IMG/VR virus record: IMGVR_UViG_3300021961_010439
Location: 15,638 to 79,637 of that record
DNA length: 64,000 nucleotides
Direction: 5' to 3' (one strand)
From: a virus
The notes beneath the pieces were generated by a model. That model had not been told where the DNA came from. It saw only the letters and a list, made by a program, of their open reading frames with translations, and did not search any database. This document shows, piece after piece, positions 57,851 to 64,000 of this stretch (positions are counted from its first letter, which is position 1; each line of letters opens with the position of its first letter). The position numbers were made by a program, and so were the translations under genes.

Positions 57851-58388
57851 TTTTTATCCTTTTTGAAGCAATATAGTTATATATAAATACGTTATTATAT
57901 CCCCAAATATCATCGATAAGATCTTCTATGAATAGCCAGTTACCACCAGCACTACCTATGCCGAATTTAGGACAATGTAGTTCCGATGTAAAATCAGGAA
58001 ATTCTATTTTTAGATTTTGTATAAAGTTTTTTATTTCATACATACAATATACTAATTGACCATAATGTAGAGATCTTTTATTATATTTTTTAGTAGTCTG
58101 ACAATACATATTTGCAACTATTACTTTAGCTTTAGTAGTTGGATTTGAGTCAACAACTAATGTACTGCATAGTTTTTTAGGAGCATTTGTCACAGAAATA
58201 TTGGTTTCCAGCAGAGGATATCTATTGTATAGTTCTTTAGAAAAACCTGAAATATTTTTGTTATACTCTACACAAACATGAGGAATAATAAAATGTTTTG
58301 AAGTTTCATTCTTAATCAAATAGTCTATTTGCTTAAAAATGTCTATATTATTATATGTTGTTATTGATTTAGTATTTAGGGTTTTCAT
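57840..58388 (-). CDS. Macrodomain protein (Poa1p/TARG1/DarG-like)
   Basis: IIPHVC...GFSKEL...YP...VANMYCQ...PKFGIGSAGGNW motif. Confidence 0.75.
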   Translation of the reverse strand: MKTLNTKSITTYNNIDIFKQIDYLIKNETSKHFIIPHVCVEYNKNISGFSKELYNRYPLLETNISVTNAPKKLCSTLVVDSNPTTKAKVIVANMYCQTTKKYNKRSLHYGQLVYCMYEIKNFIQNLKIEFPDFTSELHCPKFGIGSAGGNWLFIEDLIDDIWGYNNVFIYNYIASKRIKNVN

Positions 58389-58636
58389 AATTCTGGTCCC
58401 CACTTGCCTATTGGACACTTTTGATCCGCCCATGCTAATTTATTTAGGAATTTCTTTTTTGGAGAAATGTTACAGCCACATTGTAGGCATTCGGTATTAT
58501 CTCTATCAAAAAACTCACAACCAGAACATATTTTAAATCTATGGTTTATTTGTTCTTGAGAACACTTAGGCAAACCGTAACCTATGTGAAACCATAGTGC
58601 TTTGATAAAGTTTTTAATTTTAACTGCTAAACTCAT
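58385..58636 (-). CDS. DUF6171-like Cys-rich protein
   Basis: RFKICSGC...CLQCGC...KLAW...CPIGKW motif. Confidence 0.7.
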   Translation of the reverse strand: MSLAVKIKNFIKALWFHIGYGLPKCSQEQINHRFKICSGCEFFDRDNTECLQCGCNISPKKKFLNKLAWADQKCPIGKWGPEL

Positions 58637-58868
58637 CTGTCTTTTTAGTTTCTTTAATAGGTATTATTGTACTATTATGATCCATAGTGAATATAGGAAT
58701 ATTATCTACTACTGTACTAGAATCAATCCACCTAGAAGACCCATCAGATAATGATACGCACCTTTTAAAATCATTAGTTTTTCCTGTTTTAAAGTCTGTA
58801 GTTAATAAAAAATAGATATTATCTACATTAAAAACATCACCACCAGATAATTCTTCTAATAGTCTCAT
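58620..58868 (-). CDS. Hypothetical protein
   Basis: Coupled 82 aa ORF. Confidence 0.65.
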   Translation of the reverse strand: MRLLEELSGGDVFNVDNIYFLLTTDFKTGKTNDFKRCVSLSDGSSRWIDSSTVVDNIPIFTMDHNSTIIPIKETKKTDEFSS

Positions 58869-59041
58869 CTATAGTAGTCTTTCCAAAATTCCCAATCCTC
58901 TTGATCCAAATCCTCTTTTTTGGCTTTTATCTCTTTTTTTTGTTTTTTATACTGACGATATTCGTCTGTATAGTTTTTCTTATCGTCTATTTTCTTATCC
59001 AAACTTTGTTTTCTTTGTATTTTTCTATCGTCCGGATTCAT
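58865..59041 (-). CDS. Small charged protein (58 aa, not in the ORF track)
   Basis: MNPDDRKIQRKQ...EDWEFWKDYYR; GGGAG RBS, upstream promoter and ATGA overlap with the next gene. Confidence 0.7.
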   Translation of the reverse strand: MNPDDRKIQRKQSLDKKIDDKKNYTDEYRQYKKQKKEIKAKKEDLDQEDWEFWKDYYR

Positions 59042-59060
59042 CTATCGTCTCCCTGGTTTT

Positions 59061-59088
59061 ATAGTAGACACGGCCACAAAAGAGTCAA
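59061..59088 (-). promoter_or_regulatory. Sigma70-like promoter
   Basis: TTGACT-16 nt-TACTATAAA. Confidence 0.6.
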
Positions 59089-59114
59089 GAAGCATCTTTT
59101 GAAGACAATGCAAC

Positions 59115-59142
59115 TTGACAAACATAGAATACTCATTACTAT
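59115..59142 (+). promoter_or_regulatory. Sigma70-like promoter pointing antisense into the subtilase gene
   Basis: TTGACA-16 nt-TACTAT on the plus strand; no plus-strand gene starts downstream. Confidence 0.5.
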
Positions 59143-59167
59143 TGATGCAGCTTGGGTGATGTTATTC

Positions 59168-60106
59168 TTATATAACAACAGGGTATATAATACCATTTCC
59201 TTCATATCTTCTATCCCCAGCGTATTCTGATTGAGACAAATGTCTTGAATATTTACTAAATATTTCTATATATTCATCTTTGGTTAATTTCTTACTAGAG
59301 ATTCTCATTCTTGCAGACGACAGCAAAAGCGCAGCACATCCTACAGCAAAAGGCGTAGCCATACTTGTACCACTCATTAGAGCATAAGAATTATTGGGCA
59401 TACAACTTGGTATATCTTGACCGGGCGCCACAAAGTCCAGACTATCTCCTGTGCAACTAAACGAACAAATTTTCAAATTTTTATCTATTGCTCCTATACT
59501 AATAGTTTGAGAATATTTTGCAGGATATTTTATATCTGTATCATTACCAGAATTACCAGCAGCACAAAAAATCACAACATTTCTTGATACAGCATATTTT
59601 AGAGCATCTTCTAATTGTCTAGACGGATGATCCGAACCAAGTGACATAGTAAGAATATCTGCACCGTTGTCGCAGGCCCATATTATACCTCTAGCAACAT
59701 CGGTATTTGAACCCATACCCTCTTCATTTAGAACTTTAACAGGTAGTATTTTGATTTTTGGAGCAACTCCGACAACGCCAAGAAGATTATTTGCGGCACC
59801 TATTGTACCAGCAACATGTGTACCATGACCATTATCATCGCTAGTATTCGCATTATTTTTGATAGCATTCCACCCTTGTAGTAGATTATCTTTAAGATCA
59901 TCATGAGAAGAGTCACATCCTGTATCAAGAACACCAACAGTAACATTTTCACCCATAGTTTTATTCCAAACTTTTTCTACATCGAATAATTTAATTGGCC
60001 AAGGATAAAATTGCATAGATCCATATAAACCATGAATATTTTCTCTGGTATGTGGAAGAAGACCGCATTCGTTTTTTCTTTTAAAGTTGAACATATTTTT
60101 GAACAT
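59168..60106 (-). CDS. Subtilisin-like S8 serine protease
   Basis: VGVLDTG (Asp), GHGTHVAG (His), AAGN and SGTSMATP (Ser). Confidence 0.95.
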   Translation of the reverse strand: MFKNMFNFKRKNECGLLPHTRENIHGLYGSMQFYPWPIKLFDVEKVWNKTMGENVTVGVLDTGCDSSHDDLKDNLLQGWNAIKNNANTSDDNGHGTHVAGTIGAANNLLGVVGVAPKIKILPVKVLNEEGMGSNTDVARGIIWACDNGADILTMSLGSDHPSRQLEDALKYAVSRNVVIFCAAGNSGNDTDIKYPAKYSQTISIGAIDKNLKICSFSCTGDSLDFVAPGQDIPSCMPNNSYALMSGTSMATPFAVGCAALLLSSARMRISSKKLTKDEYIEIFSKYSRHLSQSEYAGDRRYEGNGIIYPVVI

Positions 60107-60107
60107 A

Positions 60108-60881
60108 TTATTTCTTACTTTCTATTTCTTGTACTGAATTATTTATCCAATCAGAATATCTACTGATCCTAGTATGAAGACTCACCGCACCATATTTTGA
60201 CTTACCTTTATTTGGTTTATCTTCTATTACTCCAGAATGTATGCCCGCTAATTTACTATCTATGAATAAACCTCCTCCGCTATCTCCCGGAGAGATTAAA
60301 AACTCTAAAGATGTTTTTCTATATGATAAAGAAGGAGAGCAAAATAACATATGATCATTTACATGATCAATAACATTAGATCCTGCTCTCTTTTCTCCTC
60401 CATTCCTATTTACACCTGTGATAAAGTTACCAGTTGATCCAAATCCAGATAAACAACTAATTTTACCTGATTCATTATTTTCTACATACAATGATGGATA
60501 CCATTTTAAGTCTAAATTTTCTGATAATATACAAATCGCTATATCATAACTACCAAATTTTTCATAATCATATTTTGGGTGAATAATTATTTCTTTAATC
60601 AAAATTGGTTTTTTGTTGAATATCACAGCGGCCTGTTTATTTTTATGAAACAAATGAGCAGCTGTAATAACAATATTAGACTTATATGCAACAGCAGATC
60701 CAGAATATGGAGAATTATCTTCTTTTGTACCAACTAATAATCCTATAAATGGAAAATGTTGTGCATATTCTATATATTTTTGATCTGGTACTTTAGGATC
60801 TATTGTACCAGCATAACATTCTGGTAAAGAATAAGATAAAAATAGTATCAAAAATTTAATAAAGTATTTCATAAAATCCAA
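60108..60881 (-). CDS. Trypsin-like S1 serine protease with signal peptide
   Basis: TAAH, YDIAI and GDSGG motifs; hydrophobic N-terminus. Confidence 0.92.
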   Translation of the reverse strand: MDFMKYFIKFLILFLSYSLPECYAGTIDPKVPDQKYIEYAQHFPFIGLLVGTKEDNSPYSGSAVAYKSNIVITAAHLFHKNKQAAVIFNKKPILIKEIIIHPKYDYEKFGSYDIAICILSENLDLKWYPSLYVENNESGKISCLSGFGSTGNFITGVNRNGGEKRAGSNVIDHVNDHMLFCSPSLSYRKTSLEFLISPGDSGGGLFIDSKLAGIHSGVIEDKPNKGKSKYGAVSLHTRISRYSDWINNSVQEIESKK

Positions 60882-60882
60882 C

Positions 60883-61890
60883 TTATAATACTTGAGAAGC
60901 TATTAGACATCCTTTTGCTACAGCGTGTAAAGGATCGTCAGCATGTATTACTTCTTTGATTGGAAGAGGAAAATTATTAGAAACTAATTTTGAATGAAAA
61001 GTTTCTACATATCCTTTTGCTAACGATGTCCCACCAGCAACAACAACTTTTAATGGGTCTTTAAATTTTGGCAATAGTTTATGATTAGTTAAAGTTAAAC
61101 TTAAATGTTTGGTTGTATAATCTATAAGTCTATCATAATATGAGCAAACAGCATCTAAAATTGGATTACTATTATGTTCTCCTATCTTATAGATACCCTG
61201 TTCCTTTTCTGCTTGTACAACACTATCCGGCTCTCCAAGAGCAACAGATACCATTCGATCTATCCAGTCTCCAGACTTTGTTGTGCTAAATGTTACGGTT
61301 GGTTCTCCATTCAACATAACACAAACATTTGTCATACCGGCACCACAACTAACACCTATGCCAGTATAATCACTATCCTCTAATCCAGCATAGCATAATG
61401 CTTCGGCTTCATTAATCGCCCTAGCATCATAACCCTGTTCTGCTAAAATTGATTTTACTACATCTTCGTGATATCCAACATCAAAATCATTATCTTCAAC
61501 ATCAACAGGTTGAGCGGGTTTGCAAAATACTAATTTTTCACCGGGCTCCGAAGCAACGCCGACTACTTCTTTTAGTATAAAAGCTAATACTTTTTTTGCT
61601 TCTTTTTCTTTTGATGATACAACGCCCTTGTACATTGGCCTTTTAGCGCTATCATTTCTTTCTATAGCTTTTTCTATAGCATCTTTACCTAAGAGAATAA
61701 ATGAATTATCACTATCTTTGATAAATACTTTTCCAGATAATCCTTTTTCAATCATTTTTGTGGCTACTGGAGTAGTTGGTCTAATGATGTAAAAAGCATC
61801 TCTAAAATCTGTATAGCTAATATTATTTTCCACATTTTTTGCTAGTACTATAAAACTAGTACCAACATCAAGTCCAACACCACTACTCAT
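60883..61890 (-). CDS. Actin-fold ATPase (MreB/MamK/FtsA-like)
   Basis: GLDVGT (phosphate 1), INEAEA (connect 1), SCGAGMT (phosphate 2), VAGGTS (adenosine) and DPLHAVAKG (connect 2). Confidence 0.88.
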   Translation of the reverse strand: MSSGVGLDVGTSFIVLAKNVENNISYTDFRDAFYIIRPTTPVATKMIEKGLSGKVFIKDSDNSFILLGKDAIEKAIERNDSAKRPMYKGVVSSKEKEAKKVLAFILKEVVGVASEPGEKLVFCKPAQPVDVEDNDFDVGYHEDVVKSILAEQGYDARAINEAEALCYAGLEDSDYTGIGVSCGAGMTNVCVMLNGEPTVTFSTTKSGDWIDRMVSVALGEPDSVVQAEKEQGIYKIGEHNSNPILDAVCSYYDRLIDYTTKHLSLTLTNHKLLPKFKDPLKVVVAGGTSLAKGYVETFHSKLVSNNFPLPIKEVIHADDPLHAVAKGCLIASQVL

Positions 61891-61901
61891 AAAGACCTCC
61901 G

Positions 61902-62198
61902 CTATTGTTTTAGATTTTTGAGTTTGTTAACAGATGACTGAACATTATCTGTAGTGATTTTTGTTTCTCCTAACGAATTATACTTTTTTTCCATTCCATC
62001 AGTATTTATTTTTGTGACTACTTTGCTAGTATCTATTTCTATCTTAGGTTTACTATTTTTTTCTTGATCAAAAAAACTCTTAGTGTTTTTATATTCTGTA
62101 CTAGTAGAACCACTTTTACCCAATAGGTATCCAAGACTAAAACAAACTATGTTCAGTAATAATAGTATAAATATGACTATATCATTAACGCTTAACAT
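61902..62198 (-). CDS. Single-pass membrane protein
   Basis: N-terminal TM IVIFILLLLNIVCFSLGYLLG and a charged tail ending VNKLKNLKQ. Confidence 0.75.
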   Translation of the reverse strand: MLSVNDIVIFILLLLNIVCFSLGYLLGKSGSTSTEYKNTKSFFDQEKNSKPKIEIDTSKVVTKINTDGMEKKYNSLGETKITTDNVQSSVNKLKNLKQ

Positions 62199-62216
62199 TT
62201 TTACACCATATTTTGG

Positions 62217-63488
62217 CTAAATAATAATATTTGATATAGGTTGACCGTTATCAATAATTTTAACTGGTCTATTTCCAGGAGCCATTAAATGTTTTGAGTG
62301 ATCAATACCTAGCAAGTGATAGATGGTCGCTCCCCAATCCTCAACTCCTACAGGATCATCTTGTGGTTCGCTCGCTGTCTCGTTGCTTGAGCCATGCACG
62401 ACCCCTTTTTTAATTCCACCGCCTGCCATGAGGGTACTAAAAACTTTAGGCCAATGGTCGCGTCCTGCCGTTGGATTGATTTTTGGTGTGCGTCCAAATT
62501 CAGTGGCTACACAAACTAATGTACTATCCAATAAACCTCTAGAATCTAAATCATTTATTAAAGAACTTAGAGCTTGATCAAATGGTGGTAATTGAACAGA
62601 AATATTATTAGCTATATTATCATGATGGTCCCATCCGCCATATGTAACGGTAACAAATCGTACTCCAGCCTCAATCAGTCTACGACTAAGCAATAGTCTC
62701 ATTCCAGCAGAATTTTTTCCATAACTATTTTTGGTTTCTTCATTTTCTTTATTCAGATCAAAAGCATCTATCGCTTGTGTTGAATTCATTATATCATAAG
62801 CATTTTGATAAAAAGAGTTCATCGAGTCTAAAGCGTCTGATTTTTGACTAACATTGAATTCTTTGTTGACTACTTCTAACATAGCGCGTCTTTTATCAAA
62901 TCTTTGAATACTAATTCCATCTGGTAATTTTAAATCTCGTACTTTAAAGTTAGGATCTTCAGGATTACCACCAAGACTAAATGATGAATAACTATGACTT
63001 AAAAATCCAGCACCAGCAAATTCATTTGGAACATTTGGTACGGTCACATAAGGAGGTAGACTATTCCTGACTCCCAATTGTTGACTGACTACTGATCCTA
63101 AACTGGGATATTGAAGGGCTGGACTTGGCCTATATCCAGTAAACATATTATTTGTTCCACGCTCATGTGCTGTTTCACTATGGGTCATAGATCTTATAAT
63201 ACTAATTTTATTAGCAATTTTACTTAGTTCTGGTAAATATTGACTAAAATATATTCCTGGTATAGATGTTTGAATACTACTTAATGGTCCACGATAATCT
63301 ACTGGAGCATTAGGTTTAGGATCAAATGTTTCTTGATGAGCATATCCACCCGGTAGATAAATATAAATCACAGATTGAGCCTTGGCATTTTGTACATTGT
63401 TATCTTCGGCTCTTGCAGATAAATAGTCACCTAAATTTAGTCCTAAATATCCTAAAGAACCCGCTTGTATAAAATTTCTTCTTTGCAT
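62217..63488 (-). CDS. DUF1501 family protein with a Tat signal
   Basis: MQRRNFIQAG twin-arginine signal; LPGG..HQETFDPKP, RRLIEAGVRFV, GWDHH and EFGRTPKIN..GRDHW motifs. Confidence 0.92.
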   Translation of the reverse strand: MQRRNFIQAGSLGYLGLNLGDYLSARAEDNNVQNAKAQSVIYIYLPGGYAHQETFDPKPNAPVDYRGPLSSIQTSIPGIYFSQYLPELSKIANKISIIRSMTHSETAHERGTNNMFTGYRPSPALQYPSLGSVVSQQLGVRNSLPPYVTVPNVPNEFAGAGFLSHSYSSFSLGGNPEDPNFKVRDLKLPDGISIQRFDKRRAMLEVVNKEFNVSQKSDALDSMNSFYQNAYDIMNSTQAIDAFDLNKENEETKNSYGKNSAGMRLLLSRRLIEAGVRFVTVTYGGWDHHDNIANNISVQLPPFDQALSSLINDLDSRGLLDSTLVCVATEFGRTPKINPTAGRDHWPKVFSTLMAGGGIKKGVVHGSSNETASEPQDDPVGVEDWGATIYHLLGIDHSKHLMAPGNRPVKIIDNGQPISNIII

Positions 63489-63528
63489 AATTAAATATCC
63501 CTTTGGAACTAATACACTATTATAAGAA

Positions 63529-63553
63529 AATAGGTGGGATATACCCACCTATT
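63529..63553. terminator. Hairpin (probable terminator) between ruvB and DUF1501
   Basis: AATAGGTGGG-ATATA-CCCACCTATT perfect 10-bp stem, followed by a T-run on the minus strand. Confidence 0.75.
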
Positions 63554-63589
63554 GTAGAGATTAAAATAGAATTATAAGAGTATTTTTAC

Positions 63590-64000
63590 TTACTTATGTT
63601 TATACTCTGAAATTACTCTACCCTTTTGGGTTCTTGATATGAACCTTTTTCTAACAAGATATGGTTCGATACTATTCTCGATAGTTTCTATTGCTATTCC
63701 TGTTAGTGATGATATGGCCTTTAATCCAAGAGGATTACCCTTGCTACTAACAAGCAATTCTAAATACATTCTATCATAGTTATCCAACCCATTCTCATCA
63801 ATACCCTGAATGTCAAATATTTCAGAAATACTTTTTGTAGATTCTGGATGACACAATTTGTAATTCTTATACCATTGTAGTCTAGAGTTCAAAATTCGTG
63901 GAGTGCCTTTGCTTCTTTTAGCAATTTCTAGCAATTCATCTTCGCCAATATCAATAGCCAGTTTATCAGAGTTCGATCTTGCTAGTTTAGCTAAATCAGT
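63590..64000 (-). CDS. ruvB: Holliday junction branch-migration helicase RuvB, C-terminal part (truncated by the window)
   Basis: EIAKRSKGTPRI, IDENGLD..D, GPLG-like GNPLG, IEPYL and RTQKGR motifs; frame is open to the window end. Confidence 0.9.
   Translation of the reverse strand, partial: TDLAKLARSNSDKLAIDIGEDELLEIAKRSKGTPRILNSRLQWYKNYKLCHPESTKSISEIFDIQGIDENGLDNYDRMYLELLVSSKGNPLGLKAISSLTGIAIETIENSIEPYLVRKRFISRTQKGRVISEYKHK

Noticed and set aside
58901-59230. Plus-strand 109 aa hydrophobic ORF
   Set aside because: It is the shadow of a Lys-rich minus-strand ORF (58865-59041), runs across the promoter region and has no RBS.
62199-62210. TGGTGTA before 62198 (and before 27711) as promoter motif copies
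   Set aside because: GGTG lies only a few nucleotides upstream of the ATG, so it is better explained as a Shine-Dalgarno sequence.
5091-62577. Short plus-strand and nested ORFs in the track (e.g. 5091, 11566, 12162, 18257, 34039, 45124, 56163, 61520, 62323)
   Set aside because: They are antisense or out-of-frame shadows of well-supported genes and carry no recognisable motifs.
63488-63548. N-terminal extension of DUF1501 as given in the ORF track
   Set aside because: The GTG start lies inside a terminator hairpin, and the Tat motif places the true start at the ATG at 63488.
1-64000. Stop-codon reassignment, tRNA genes, CRISPR arrays
   Set aside because: Known genes are full length in code 11 and end in TAA, TAG and TGA. 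Intergenic gaps are short and show no cloverleaf or regularly spaced repeats by eye.

Overview
64 kb segment of a large, AT-rich (roughly 30% GC by eye) tailed dsDNA bacteriophage genome. It is densely coded in the standard genetic code with many ATGA stop/start overlaps, and all but the first two genes lie on the minus strand. A Tat-signal DUF1501 gene points to a Planctomycetota/PVC host (inference). In window order: (1) a very Cys-rich virion-like protein; (2) an SSAP-like gene, a NUMOD3/DUF559 endonuclease and a block of intact and degenerate glycosyltransferase-like genes; (3) a bacterial-style replisome and recombination operon: SSB, DnaE split into two genes with a DEDDh proofreading exonuclease between them, a RecB/Cas4-like nuclease, dNMP kinase, DnaG, DnaB and RecA; (4) HNH, PhoH, a MazG-like gene, NrdAB and dCMP deaminase; (5) a 12 kb sugar-biosynthesis island: RfbH/DdhC, a YerE-like TPP enzyme, NeuB-cupin, RmlB, Fcl, GT2/GT11 and methyltransferases; (6) a membrane/lysis-like cluster with an intact papain-like peptidase and a Cys-to-Ser paralogue; (7) ClpP, a catalytically dead DeoC-like gene, a phage sigma factor, a PAP2 phosphatase, a ferritin-like gene, GMP reductase, NDT and a macrodomain; (8) a tightly coupled module of DUF1501, membrane protein, actin-like ATPase, trypsin and subtilase, faced by an antisense sigma70-type promoter, followed by the end of ruvB. 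No tRNA, rRNA or CRISPR array was seen. Family assignments rest on motif recognition by eye; no searches were run.
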